This document shows positions 9,378 through 18,551 of a DNA stretch of 64,000 bases, in pieces. Each line of letters begins with the position of its first letter. The stretch's first letter is position 1. Position numbers and translations under genes: made by a program. The notes beneath the pieces are model-generated. The model had not been told where the DNA came from and made no database searches. It worked only from the letters and a program-made list of their open reading frames with translations. Source of the stretch: a virus; the IMG/VR virus record IMGVR_UViG_3300045988_107814, positions 1 through 64,000 of that record. One strand, 5' to 3'.

Positions 9378-11060
9378 TTAGAATGTGTCTGAAGCTAATA
9401 ATTCTTCATCTGACATATTTTCAAAATCTCTGTTATCTGGTGGTGATACAGGCACGTCAAATTCTTCGTTAGAAATAACTTGACCTGTATCATTATCTAC
9501 AACAACGTGTCCCATTGTTCTTTGAATAGGTTGAATATTTCCGTTAGCATCTACATTTGGTTGAGTCATAGCTCCTTCTGACAATTCTTTCGGAATGAAT
9601 AGATTTTCCGTAGCCAATTGTGGAGTTACTTCTTTAGTATACATAAACTGATTCTCTGGTTTCTTATAATCATCCAGAGTCAACTCATCTATAGCGGTCT
9701 TAGCAAACGTAGGATGATAATGAGCGTTCATTGCCATTTGACAACCAAGATTTCCACTATGAACTTTATCCAAGAATCTCTGTCTCTTGATTTCATATGC
9801 TTGCTGTAATTTCTGTCTAACCAGAGGATCATTATCCATTTCTTCTGGCGTTGAAATCAAAGCTTTATAATGAAGATCTCTATCAAAGTCATAAGACAAA
9901 CTAAAGAATTTTGAACTTGTAGAATATGTGAAACAATCATCGCAACAGTTTGCAAGAATACTATTGAATTTGTCTCTAGAGAACGATGCTGATCTTAATG
10001 CTCGTTCAATCTTTTTAGTTTCTTTATTCCAATCAATTCTACTATCTTCAATCATAGCATAACGTTTCCAAACAGGAATACCTTCTGCTTCCCATTGGTT
10101 CCACTGATTCACTCTATTCAAATAACCCTGTCTAAATACTCTTGAAAATGCTTCTACCTTTCTTTGATGGAGCTGAACTTGCATTCTTTCAGTTTCCATC
10201 TCATATTGTCTCTGTCTATCCTCCATCTGTGTATGTGTTACATAAGAATGACCATTATTATCCTTTCTGTGATTTACTTCCTTAACCACATCACCTGTCT
10301 TGCAATCGATAATCTTGAAAGACATAGCTCTTTCAAAACGAACACCATTTACATCATACATATCATATATGATATTATTACCATCTCCGTTTTGATTTTT
10401 CAAATTATCTAATCTTTCTTCTTCTTGCTTCTTTAATGCTTCCTCCTGTTCTTTTACAATTTGATCTGCTGGTTTAAACTTTAATGATTCAAGATAGTCA
10501 AATTCTTCTTGAGTTACTGTTTTAAACTGCATATAAAATCTTGTCATACAATACTGAGTATCTGCTGCAATTTTTCTATCAGCTTCAAGTTCATTAAAGC
10601 AATCTACCATATGCTCTGCACAGGTAAAATTATATGGATTGATTCCATATAATCTCATACCTGGTGTATAAGCTTTAAGCCTTTCATCATCTGGACTCAT
10701 TCCATACGGATTATATCCTCCAACAGTAATATTATTGGACGGATTTCCAAGTTCGAATAGATTTGTCCTTCCACTTCTACCAGGCATTCCCTCAAATAAG
10801 TTTCCTTCCCAAGGTGGACTTATTGAGATTTGTTCTTGCTGATTATTAGGTTGAGCTTCATAGTTTACTACTATTCCGCTATTGTCGGAATCAGCACCGA
10901 CTGTTAGAAATTCCTCATACTCAGGATTCTGAGAAATTAAATTTTCAAGCTCTTCATTACTCATACTATTGAGTTGCTGGTCAATTTGTTGAGCCTGTAT
11001 ACGAGCCATATTAGCTGCTCGCATCAAGTTTTCTGTACGTCTTTCTTTTGACAGTTCCAA
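9378..11060 (-). CDS. hypothetical protein
   Basis: Long ORF. Start uncertain: TTG at 11060 lies 10 nt after AAGGAG; the alternative is ATG at 11024. Confidence 0.65.
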   Translation of the reverse strand: MELSKERRTENLMRAANMARIQAQQIDQQLNSMSNEELENLISQNPEYEEFLTVGADSDNSGIVVNYEAQPNNQQEQISISPPWEGNLFEGMPGRSGRTNLFELGNPSNNITVGGYNPYGMSPDDERLKAYTPGMRLYGINPYNFTCAEHMVDCFNELEADRKIAADTQYCMTRFYMQFKTVTQEEFDYLESLKFKPADQIVKEQEEALKKQEEERLDNLKNQNGDGNNIIYDMYDVNGVRFERAMSFKIIDCKTGDVVKEVNHRKDNNGHSYVTHTQMEDRQRQYEMETERMQVQLHQRKVEAFSRVFRQGYLNRVNQWNQWEAEGIPVWKRYAMIEDSRIDWNKETKKIERALRSASFSRDKFNSILANCCDDCFTYSTSSKFFSLSYDFDRDLHYKALISTPEEMDNDPLVRQKLQQAYEIKRQRFLDKVHSGNLGCQMAMNAHYHPTFAKTAIDELTLDDYKKPENQFMYTKEVTPQLATENLFIPKELSEGAMTQPNVDANGNIQPIQRTMGHVVVDNDTGQVISNEEFDVPVSPPDNRDFENMSDEELLASDTF

Positions 11061-11139
11061 AACTATAATTCTCCTTTCAATTTTAGATTGACTTAAGATG
11101 ACAATAGTCATCAAATATCACATAAATAATATATGATTC

Positions 11140-11151
11140 AACTTATTATTA
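11140..11151 (+). promoter_or_regulatory. AACT-N6-TA promoter-like motif
   Basis: AACTTATTATTA; extended CAACTTATTAWTAAA shared with the terL upstream region. Confidence 0.4.
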
Positions 11152-11185
11152 AATTATTGTACAGTAAGGAGTGATTATTTACAAA

Positions 11186-11875
11186 ATGATAAACTCGGAG
11201 TTATTGTTAAATGATGTTACTAAGTTTGATAAAGGTAGAAAAGCTAGATATCATATTGATGGTAGAGGTATTCCTAGTGTTACAGAATTATTATCATTTA
11301 TTGATTCTGAAGGTCTTATTTCATGGGCTAATAGAGTAGGCAGACAAGGACAAGATAATAAAGATATAGTGAAGAAAGCGGCTGAATTCGGTACTATGGT
11401 TCACGAATCTATTGAATTTTATTTAAAGAAAAAATATACTGGACCTGGTAATGTTTGTCTTGATGCTTTTAAAGAATGGTGGACTGGTATTAATAAATAT
11501 CATAGAGTAAGAATATTAGGTCAAGAAAATCCATTAATTGGTGAGTACTTTGCTGGTACTTATGATCTACTTATCTCTATAGATGATAAGCCATATTTAG
11601 TAGATTTCAAAACATCTAATCATGTTGGGTATAAATATTTCATGCAATTAGCCGCATATAGATACTTATTATATACCCTAAAAAATATAAATATTGAAGG
11701 TTGTATTGTATTACAATTTGATAAGAAAGAACCTAAATACAGAGAATTCAATTTAGATTTTACTAACCCATATGATTATGAGTTCATTGAAAATTGTTAT
11801 CGTTCTTTTATGGGACTTGTATATACATATTACAATGTAAAATTATGTCAACGAGAGTTTGCACATATATTCTAA
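11186..11875 (+). CDS. PD-(D/E)XK-superfamily nuclease (RecB/Cas4/phage exonuclease-like)
   Basis: Motifs GTMVHESIE, YDLLISIDDKPYLVDFKTS (D...D/ExK) and MQLAAYRYLL (QxxxY). ATG 11186 follows AAGGAG with a rather long 14-nt spacer. A plus-strand island with its own bidirectional terminator. Confidence 0.6.
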   Translation: MINSELLLNDVTKFDKGRKARYHIDGRGIPSVTELLSFIDSEGLISWANRVGRQGQDNKDIVKKAAEFGTMVHESIEFYLKKKYTGPGNVCLDAFKEWWTGINKYHRVRILGQENPLIGEYFAGTYDLLISIDDKPYLVDFKTSNHVGYKYFMQLAAYRYLLYTLKNINIEGCIVLQFDKKEPKYREFNLDFTNPYDYEFIENCYRSFMGLVYTYYNVKLCQREFAHIF

Positions 11876-11887
11876 ACAAAAAATAAC

Positions 11888-11909
11888 GGGGTGATCAAAA
11901 GATCACCCC
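11888..11909. terminator. bidirectional intrinsic terminator
   Basis: GGGGTGATC-AAAA-GATCACCCC with T-runs on both strands, between convergent genes. Confidence 0.8.
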
Positions 11910-11942
11910 AAATTATTTTTTTCTTATTTAAGTATAATTAGA

Positions 11943-13202
11943 TTACTTTTTGTCAACTTTGTAGTCATAAACTTCATGTTCGTGTACTTCTTCAGTTTCA
12001 TTTACATACTCATTATGAATAGACTTATAAACAATATTTCCATCTACATCATAAGAAGTACGTGTTCTCTTTTTAGACTTACTATCATCAGATTCTTTAC
12101 GTTCATACTTTATATCATCGATTACTTTGAACTCATCATCAATAAGCTGTTTTGTAATAGCAGAAGTACGATTACCATTTTCATCATATTCATACGTGGT
12201 AACAAAATTTACATCATCTGTAATTTCAGAATAAGATAAAAGCATTTTCTTTGTTTTATCATATACAGATTTAGTTATTGATTCTTTTATAACTTTTTGA
12301 GTAATTCTATCAATTAATATACGTCGTTTTGTTTCTGTAATATTTCCAGTATCAGAGTCAACATGACGTTCTGTTCTTGTAAAAATATTTACGTCTTTAA
12401 CAGTTTCCATAGATGATACTTCATCTCCATTCTGATCATAAGTATATTGCATAACAATAATTCCATTTTTAATAATTTTAGATATCTTAAAACCCGCTGC
12501 TGGATTATAAGCTTTAGTCTCATAAGAGATTAACTTTTTTTCTCCAGAGATGTCGTAATATCTAACAGTTTCAGAAAGTATATTACCTTCATCATCAATA
12601 TCTCTTTCATAAGTTCTTTCGATATGATGATCACCATCGTATACTTTATAGACTCTTCCAAAAGCATCGAAATATGCACGATATTTTGTATTAGTAATCT
12701 TGCTTCTGATTGTTTTATCAATAATAGATTCTACTTGATCTTTGTAGAATCTTTTTTTGGTAATAGTATGAGTATCTCTTGTTGTAATTGAAACAAGATT
12801 ATTGTCATTATCATATTCATAATGAGTGTCGTTATACTCTATACCATCTCTTGTCAAATAAGACTTTTTGATAAGTCTACCACGATGATCGAAATACTTA
12901 ACTTCTGTTGTTTTCTCAATATCTAATGATTTATCATTCTTAAAATGATATTTAGTAACATGACAATCTGTAATTTCACCATCACTGTTTTTAGAAAATT
13001 GATAGTTATATAGTGTTATGTCTTTATCACTTTTTTCAATAACACCAGCTTCTACTACATTTCCATTCTCATCAACAAAATTAATCTTTTCTCTTTCTGT
13101 AGTATCACACGCAAGAGATCTTTTTTTATCAGCTGTTGTAATATAATTCATTCTATTGCGAAACTTTGTATAACTAACTAGATTTTTTTCGTATTGGATC
13201 AT
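11943..13202 (-). CDS. YD-repeat (RHS-like repeat) protein, 419 aa
   Basis: Multiple YD-type repeats: YFDHRGRLIKKSY, HYEYDNDNNLVS, YFDAFGRVYKVYDG, RYYDISGEKKLISY, YTYDQNGDEVS, TYEYDENGNRTS, SYDVDGNIVYKS. Confidence 0.6.
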   Translation of the reverse strand: MIQYEKNLVSYTKFRNRMNYITTADKKRSLACDTTEREKINFVDENGNVVEAGVIEKSDKDITLYNYQFSKNSDGEITDCHVTKYHFKNDKSLDIEKTTEVKYFDHRGRLIKKSYLTRDGIEYNDTHYEYDNDNNLVSITTRDTHTITKKRFYKDQVESIIDKTIRSKITNTKYRAYFDAFGRVYKVYDGDHHIERTYERDIDDEGNILSETVRYYDISGEKKLISYETKAYNPAAGFKISKIIKNGIIVMQYTYDQNGDEVSSMETVKDVNIFTRTERHVDSDTGNITETKRRILIDRITQKVIKESITKSVYDKTKKMLLSYSEITDDVNFVTTYEYDENGNRTSAITKQLIDDEFKVIDDIKYERKESDDSKSKKRTRTSYDVDGNIVYKSIHNEYVNETEEVHEHEVYDYKVDKK

Positions 13203-13229
13203 TTTATAGTCCTCCTTAAATAAATACTT

Positions 13230-13241
13230 TATTATAAAGTT
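13230..13241 (-). promoter_or_regulatory. AACT-N6-TA promoter-like motif
   Basis: Minus strand reads AACTTTATAATA, between the terminator at 13245..13270 and ATG 13202. Confidence 0.4.
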
Positions 13242-13244
13242 AAA

Positions 13245-13270
13245 GGGATGGTGCTACTATACACCATCCC
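13245..13270 (-). terminator. stem-loop after nrdG
   Basis: GGGATGGTG-(8 nt)-CACCATCCC. Confidence 0.6.
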
Positions 13271-13279
13271 AATACTTTA

Positions 13280-13804
13280 TTAAAGTTCAGTTTCAACAAC
13301 CTTATTTTGTGACAAAGATTCTTTTACGTCAATAATACGTTGATTAGTACTTCCTCTCCAAGCACAATCAAGAGATGCTTTTTCTTGTTCAAATCTACCA
13401 TCAATAAGATAATCAATGTTAGACAATAATCTAGAATAAGACATTACACCAGATTTAACAATATCTTGCAGCTCTTCAAAAGTATAACCTGTATAACAGA
13501 TTATATTGAGATCAGAATTTTTCTTGATTCTAGAAGCCAACTCTGCTAGAGAATCAGACTGTAAGAATGGTTCTCCACCAGAAAATGTCACTCCTTCAAT
13601 CATAGAACTTTCCATTATCTCATTGTAAATCTCATCTACTGTAATAAATTTTCCATCGTTAGGATCATGTGTTTGGGGGTTTTGACAGCCCTCACATTTG
13701 TGATAACAACCTTGAGTAAATATCGTATATCTTACTCCAGGTCCATCGACTACAGAAGATTTAATGATTCCTGAGATTTTTAATCTTGACGTATCATTAG
13801 TCAT
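13280..13804 (-). CDS. nrdG: anaerobic ribonucleoside-triphosphate reductase activating protein (radical SAM)
   Basis: GPGVRYTIFTQGCYHKCEGCQNPQTHD contains the CX3CX2C radical-SAM cluster motif in the typical NrdG context. Size is 174 aa. nrdD is also present in the window. Confidence 0.85.
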   Translation of the reverse strand: MTNDTSRLKISGIIKSSVVDGPGVRYTIFTQGCYHKCEGCQNPQTHDPNDGKFITVDEIYNEIMESSMIEGVTFSGGEPFLQSDSLAELASRIKKNSDLNIICYTGYTFEELQDIVKSGVMSYSRLLSNIDYLIDGRFEQEKASLDCAWRGSTNQRIIDVKESLSQNKVVETEL

Positions 13805-13805
13805 T

Positions 13806-14522
13806 TTAACTCATCTCCTCGACAGGAACATACTTAAATTCATTAACATAAGCTGTTCCAACTTTATTAAGTTCATGTTCAGCTTGTTCTATAGTATTAT
13901 ATTTTCCAAGATTACACTCTTCTATATAACCAAGTACATCGTCTTCATCACCATCAGTTATACAGTTGACATATCCAACAATGTCTTTATTATAATTTGT
14001 ATAATTAAAACAATCGTTACTTGAATCTAAGAACATAAACGGACCATAAGAACGACTTGGATCAAACATACCAGGTAATTTCATGATTTCTTTCAAACCG
14101 TAAGCAGTAAAATCAAAATTATATCTTGGTAATAATCCTTCGTCGTTTGTCCAGAATAAACCCATACCTGGTTCATATGCTTGATATCTTATATCAATTT
14201 TATCATCACCATAGAATGAACGGATTAGCTTATCCCAAAATTTTATATTAGGAGTCCAAGCGTCTTCACATACAATTGTAAAGCTATTATAATTAATGTC
14301 ATTAATCCATATGATATACCCTCTTTTATTTTCATTATTATTATAAGGGTATAATGGTGTCGTTGTATTTACAATATGCTTTTCAATCATTTCTTCAAAA
14401 ACATTAGAATGTTTATCACCTTTCGTTTCTACAATTTTATTATAGAAATCTTCTAACGCTCTCTTACCTTCTTCAGTATCTCTTCCGTCAAAAGTAATTG
14501 TTGTTTCACACCAATTTGGCAT
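13806..14522 (-). CDS. hypothetical protein with N-terminal MPNWC motif (DUF1281/Api92-like family?)
   Basis: Begins MPNWCETTITFDG, which I remember as the hallmark start of a phage/plasmid family of unknown function. Assigned from memory only. Confidence 0.35.
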   Translation of the reverse strand: MPNWCETTITFDGRDTEEGKRALEDFYNKIVETKGDKHSNVFEEMIEKHIVNTTTPLYPYNNNENKRGYIIWINDINYNSFTIVCEDAWTPNIKFWDKLIRSFYGDDKIDIRYQAYEPGMGLFWTNDEGLLPRYNFDFTAYGLKEIMKLPGMFDPSRSYGPFMFLDSSNDCFNYTNYNKDIVGYVNCITDGDEDDVLGYIEECNLGKYNTIEQAEHELNKVGTAYVNEFKYVPVEEMS

Positions 14523-14542
14523 TTCAATTTCCTCCCTAAATT

Positions 14543-14806
14543 TTACTGGTCATCATCTTTATTTTTCTTCTTTTCTTCTCTCTTATTAATTGCTGCTACT
14601 ACGGATATGAGAATTCCAAAACATACAACAACCATAGCACCAAAAATAAGTATAATATCTGCTAAGTCAATCCAAATATCAACAAAGATTGATTTGAAAA
14701 GATAATATACTCCGATTGTTAATATTATTGGAATAATCAATAATATAAATGCAGCAATTGTTAACCATATAATACCAGTTAACTTATCTTTTGTTTTTCT
14801 TTTCAT
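14543..14806 (-). CDS. small membrane protein (2 predicted TM helices)
   Basis: Two hydrophobic stretches, GIIWLTIAAFILLIIPIILTIGVYYLF and IILIFGAMVVVCFGILISVVAAI, with a Lys-rich tail and a good SD. Confidence 0.7.
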   Translation of the reverse strand: MKRKTKDKLTGIIWLTIAAFILLIIPIILTIGVYYLFKSIFVDIWIDLADIILIFGAMVVVCFGILISVVAAINKREEKKKNKDDDQ

Positions 14807-14831
14807 GATGATTTCCCTCCTTTCATATTTA

Positions 14832-15305
14832 TTATATATTATTGACTACATTATTGTCTTTACTTAATATGAATACATCTCTTGTTATATATCTATTACG
14901 ATTAATATACTTCTTGATTTTATTACCTATAGAATTTGTACATATAATTAGATTATTTGCGTAATATCTATATTCCTCAGAGTACCCACTATTATCCCAA
15001 TACTTATGTATATTACCTTTAGAGTTATATATACATGACCAAGTATATCCTCTGCTATCTTTATATTTAATAGGTCTTCTCTTTTCATCATAATCTACCC
15101 AATATTCAAATTTCTCATCTTCTACATACATCATAGAATAAATAATATCGCCATATCTATTCTTTTTGACTTCTGGAGATTTATCCTTTGTTATATCTTT
15201 AGAAAGATTATGACTTACAACTGGAGCACTTCTATTAACAGTATGAGTATTATTATATTTATCATAGTTTTTTACTGTTGTTCTTTTACGTCTGTTTCTT
15301 CTCAT
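14832..15305 (-). CDS. small protein with YD-like repeats
   Basis: YWVDYDEKRRPIKYKDSRGYTWSCIYNSKGNIHKYWDNSGYSEEYRYY resembles degenerate YD repeats. Basic N-terminus; GGAGGGAC SD. Confidence 0.45.
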   Translation of the reverse strand: MRRNRRKRTTVKNYDKYNNTHTVNRSAPVVSHNLSKDITKDKSPEVKKNRYGDIIYSMMYVEDEKFEYWVDYDEKRRPIKYKDSRGYTWSCIYNSKGNIHKYWDNSGYSEEYRYYANNLIICTNSIGNKIKKYINRNRYITRDVFILSKDNNVVNNI

Positions 15306-15345
15306 AACAGTCCCTCCTTTATTATAAGAAAGTTAAAGTACATAT

Positions 15346-15399
15346 AAATTGTAAAACTTTATATTCTTAGCTATATATAATTATAGTGAATAGGAGATA
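15346..15399 (+). repeat. 54-bp promoter-containing repeat, copy 1
   Basis: AAATTGTAAAACTTTATATTCTTAGCTATATATAATTATAGTGAATAGGAGATA; about 48/54 identical to copy 2 at 18078..18131. Confidence 0.85.
15349..15377 (+). promoter_or_regulatory. sigma-A-like promoter (TTGTAA-17-TATATA) for cassette 1
   Basis: -35 TTGTAA at 15349..15354, a 17-nt spacer, and -10 TATATA at 15372..15377 (TATAAT also present 4 nt downstream). Confidence 0.5.
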
Positions 15400-15525
15400 G
15401 TAATAAGACTATCCTTAGAAAAACTATTCGGTCTGGATGCTCGGAGACATTAAACTGAGCAATAGAAGAACATAAACTTTGGATCTATTACTATGATCCC
15501 TGGCGTGTCAAGGAGGAAATTAATT
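15400..15525 (+). promoter_or_regulatory. structured 5' leader of cassette 1
   Basis: About 125 nt between the predicted start and the ATG. Hairpins include TAGGAGATAGT/ACTATCCTTA, GGTCT...AGACATT and GGATC-TATTACTAT-GATCC. The GGTCT(G)...AGACATT element is shared with cassette 2. Confidence 0.35.
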
Positions 15526-15963
15526 ATGGCTAACAGCTACGAAGAATATCTGGACGCAATCAACAGAACAATTATCGAGAACAATAACACAATTACTGAA
15601 TTACAGAGGACGAATCTGGCGTTAATCAATATGATTACATTTATGAAAGCGGCTGTAGAAGATGCATCCGAATCTGATATTCAGAGATACGAAAATCATG
15701 AGTTAGTTAAGTTCGTATTCAAGTTTGGTAACAACACAGTAACAAAGTTGTTATATGAAGTAGATGAATTGGACCTAAAAAAGGTCCCTAATATCATTAT
15801 GTCTTATCTTAACAAAGGAGGTGGTATTATCGATATCGATAATATCGGTTCTATAGAAATAGATTATTTGGAATGGGACGGAAAAGGAGCAATTATTATA
15901 AATCATGATACAGAAGATTTAGTAAAAGCTTATAATAGTTTCATGCATATCGCTAAGATGTAA
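15526..15963 (+). CDS. hypothetical protein (cassette 1 ORF, 145 aa)
   Basis: ATG 15526 lies 9 nt after AGGAGG; the track start at 15493 is unsupported. Plus-strand island with its own promoter-like element and terminator. GC and codon choice (CTG, GCG, ACG) look atypical for the window. Confidence 0.7.
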   Translation: MANSYEEYLDAINRTIIENNNTITELQRTNLALINMITFMKAAVEDASESDIQRYENHELVKFVFKFGNNTVTKLLYEVDELDLKKVPNIIMSYLNKGGGIIDIDNIGSIEIDYLEWDGKGAIIINHDTEDLVKAYNSFMHIAKM

Positions 15964-15991
15964 TGACTAATATCTGCGAGACAAAAATAGC

Positions 15992-16015
15992 AAACTGGGC
16001 TTGGCAACCCAGTTT
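15992..16015. terminator. bidirectional intrinsic terminator
   Basis: AAACTGGG-(8 nt)-CCCAGTTT followed by GTTTTTTTG. Confidence 0.75.
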
Positions 16016-16025
16016 GTTTTTTGTA

Positions 16026-16532
16026 TTACGAACGCTTAGCAACTTTAATTCCAGCGTTTACACAGTTTCTAATTTGATTATCACATCTCTTTAACAAACC
16101 ACAAGAGATATAAGAATTCTTACACTTATCGATAAGACCATGATTAATTTCATCACATTCTACAACTACATATACATCATCTACATCGATACCATAATGT
16201 TCGCAAATGTTATTTACTGCCTCAGCATCATTAGAGATATTATTGTCCATCATGTACATATCTAATACACGACCATCAATAAAATATGCAGCCTCATTAA
16301 GATCACCACACTCTGTTTCACCACATTCTTTCTTAGTGGTTTTACATACTGGAACTGACTCTTCAGAAAACTTTAAACCACTTGGAACTGTAACCTTAGA
16401 AAAATTATGATCGTTACCAATAGTATCATCAAAATTTTCACAAGTTTCAACGCATTCATCTTTATTAACCTTCTTAGAATGACAAGCACCTGCTTCCAAA
16501 AGTACATTAAAAATTCTTTCATTATAACTCAT
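16026..16532 (-). CDS. Cys-rich hypothetical protein
   Basis: 168 aa with about 14 Cys (e.g. CKTTKKECGETECG, CKNSYISCGLLKRCDNQIRNC); AAAGGAGG SD. Confidence 0.7.
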   Translation of the reverse strand: MSYNERIFNVLLEAGACHSKKVNKDECVETCENFDDTIGNDHNFSKVTVPSGLKFSEESVPVCKTTKKECGETECGDLNEAAYFIDGRVLDMYMMDNNISNDAEAVNNICEHYGIDVDDVYVVVECDEINHGLIDKCKNSYISCGLLKRCDNQIRNCVNAGIKVAKRS

Positions 16533-16554
16533 TTTAAATCCTCCTTTTTGGATA

Positions 16555-18024
16555 TTATAATGCTGACGAAATTGATTTCAGCATACTTTCACTTATTTCA
16601 TATATACTTGATACCCCTTTAGTACGTTTACAATTGAGTTTATTATATGCAAAATATTTACCATTCATACTTTGAAGAATGGTTAGATCTTCATATTCAC
16701 GTAATATCTTCTTCTTGTATTCATACTTAACAGGATCCAGTACATTGAAAATTATTGGACTATAATTATTCATTATAGCATCAGATTGGAATTGAATAGT
16801 AGCCAAACTACTATTGAAGTTTTCTTGGATTAATTCTTTATCTACATATTCTAATATGTTACTGAAGTCTAGTTGATCGTCAGAAAGAATATCATCAAAC
16901 TCAGTGACTATTCTTGGAATAAATTGAGAATCTACATAATTCTCATTTTTATATTCTTCATACACAGTCTTTAAGATACTAGATATATCTTCTCCAACGT
17001 ATTTATATGTCTTAGATTCAGTATTATATAGGAGTTCTTTTGATTTTTTTCTTTTTAATTTACCAGATTCTTTATCTCTAGTTACCATATATTCTGATGT
17101 AATATCATTAGACAAAGCAAATCCAGTTTCCATGGTATCTTTGTTAGTGTATTTAGTTACAAATACACTTGGCATCATTGTATCAGGTACTACACCAGGA
17201 GCCATACCTCCAATAGCACCTGGACCTGTGTGCTCATGAATTCTAGAAATAGTCTTTGGTTCATCATCGTTAGAATATGACTCTTTTAATTCAGCAAACA
17301 TAGTTAACAATTGAACAAATTCATTATTGGTGAGTCTAATATAATTATATTCACCTTGATCTGTAATGAACTTTTCTTTCATCAACTGTTTAGCTCTATA
17401 TTCTGGCATCTCTCTATTATTTTTATTATTACCACCATCTTTGATGTCAAATACTAATTTATATGGTAGATAAATAGCATCTGTTATCCAAGTATGTTCT
17501 TCTCCTTCGTATTCATAATATATTGTAGGACCAGGAGTTAATAAATCACCAGAATCTATATTTAGTACATTATCACAAAATTCTAGGAACTTCTTTTCAT
17601 AACTTCCTACATATGATTTATATGTACCATCAGACCATCTATATTTACCAGATATACCTCTATTAGCAAGCATTTTATTTTCTTGCCATTCCATATCATT
17701 TAATAGAGTAGTCTTACCATATACTTTAAGCATATTCTTTTCATAATTCTTTCTAGCTTGTTCTTTGCATTTTACAGAACAATATGCTTTATATCTAACA
17801 GCTTTTTCATCCCATTCAGTTGGTTGTTTACAAATACGGCAAACACCATAAGACGCACCAATAGGTTCTTTTCTATTACATAAGTCAAATACAATTCTAT
17901 TAGCAGTATAGCCTTTCTCAGAACATAGCATATCATCATGATACTTATCAATATGACTAGCTAATTTATTCCTTTCAAAAGTTTTATTACAAAAAATACA
18001 CTTATATTTTCTAGTAGAAGCCAT
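16555..18024 (-). CDS. Zn-finger protein with possible PD-(D/E)XK-like nuclease core
   Basis: Start at ATG 18024 after AAAGGAGG. N-terminal C2H2-like finger (YKCIFCNKTFERNKLASHIDKYH). FCS/MYM-like finger (CRICKQPTEWDEKAVRYKAYCSVKC). ITDAIYLPYKLVFDIKDG resembles a D...D-x-K nuclease motif. Confidence 0.35.
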   Translation of the reverse strand: MASTRKYKCIFCNKTFERNKLASHIDKYHDDMLCSEKGYTANRIVFDLCNRKEPIGASYGVCRICKQPTEWDEKAVRYKAYCSVKCKEQARKNYEKNMLKVYGKTTLLNDMEWQENKMLANRGISGKYRWSDGTYKSYVGSYEKKFLEFCDNVLNIDSGDLLTPGPTIYYEYEGEEHTWITDAIYLPYKLVFDIKDGGNNKNNREMPEYRAKQLMKEKFITDQGEYNYIRLTNNEFVQLLTMFAELKESYSNDDEPKTISRIHEHTGPGAIGGMAPGVVPDTMMPSVFVTKYTNKDTMETGFALSNDITSEYMVTRDKESGKLKRKKSKELLYNTESKTYKYVGEDISSILKTVYEEYKNENYVDSQFIPRIVTEFDDILSDDQLDFSNILEYVDKELIQENFNSSLATIQFQSDAIMNNYSPIIFNVLDPVKYEYKKKILREYEDLTILQSMNGKYFAYNKLNCKRTKGVSSIYEISESMLKSISSAL

Positions 18025-18052
18025 CAATATCCTCCTTTCATATAACTGCATT

Positions 18053-18064
18053 TAATATAATGTT
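18053..18064 (-). promoter_or_regulatory. AACA-N6-TA promoter-like motif
   Basis: Minus strand reads AACATTATATTA; 29 nt upstream of ATG 18024. Confidence 0.45.
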
Positions 18065-18077
18065 TTTCTATTTAGAT

Positions 18078-18131
18078 AAAATGTAAAACTTCTTATTTTT
18101 AGCTATATATAATTATAGTGAATAAGAGATA
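18078..18131 (+). repeat. 54-bp promoter-containing repeat, copy 2
   Basis: AAAATGTAAAACTTCTTATTTTTAGCTATATATAATTATAGTGAATAAGAGATA; direct orientation relative to copy 1. Confidence 0.85.
18081..18109 (+). promoter_or_regulatory. sigma-A-like promoter (ATGTAA-17-TATATA) for cassette 2
   Basis: Same geometry as copy 1; -10 at 18104..18109. Confidence 0.5.
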
Positions 18132-18253
18132 ATATTATACATACTCTTATATCAAAACAATGGAGGTCTGCATATTACTCCATACGTCACAAAGCAGACA
18201 TTCATAAGTGTCAAAAGCTTATGTTCCAGACGTTAAAGGAAAAGGAAAATATT
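18132..18253 (+). promoter_or_regulatory. structured 5' leader of cassette 2
   Basis: Hairpins ATAAGAG/CTCTTAT, GTCTGC/GCAGAC and CATAAG/CTTATG. GTCTG can alternatively pair with CAGAC next to the SD. Confidence 0.35.
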
Positions 18254-18505
18254 ATGAACACTATTGCTAAAATCAATACAGTTGAAAGTGCAAAGGAATT
18301 CGCACGAATGGCAGATGATTTCGCATATCTCTGCGAAGTATGTAAAAAGCTCTTTGAGATTGAAGAGCCTAATCGTGAAAGGATGCAGGAGTGCATTCTC
18401 TCGTTTTCAGATGATTTTAATTGTGACACAATCGGACTTGAACCTTACGGCCGCCAGCTTGATGTAAGCTGGTGTTTGGATTTGCTTGGAATGTTCCTTG
18501 GCTAA
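18254..18505 (+). CDS. hypothetical protein (cassette 2 ORF, 83 aa)
   Basis: ATG 18254 after AAAGGAAAAGGAAAA. About 40% GC by eye against about 30% in the surroundings. Own promoter-like element, long leader and strong terminator. Confidence 0.65.
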   Translation: MNTIAKINTVESAKEFARMADDFAYLCEVCKKLFEIEEPNRERMQECILSFSDDFNCDTIGLEPYGRQLDVSWCLDLLGMFLG

Positions 18506-18524
18506 TTAAAACATCAGAAAAAGA

Positions 18525-18551
18525 ATAAGCGGGACTTTACATCCCGCTTAT
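18525..18551. terminator. bidirectional intrinsic terminator
   Basis: ATAAGCGGGA-(7 nt)-TCCCGCTTAT followed by TTTTT. Confidence 0.8.

Noticed and set aside
18160-18207. 15-codon ORF (MEVCILLHTSQSRHS) inside the cassette-2 leader
   Set aside because: It has no SD and lies within predicted hairpins. It could be a leader peptide but there is no supporting signal.
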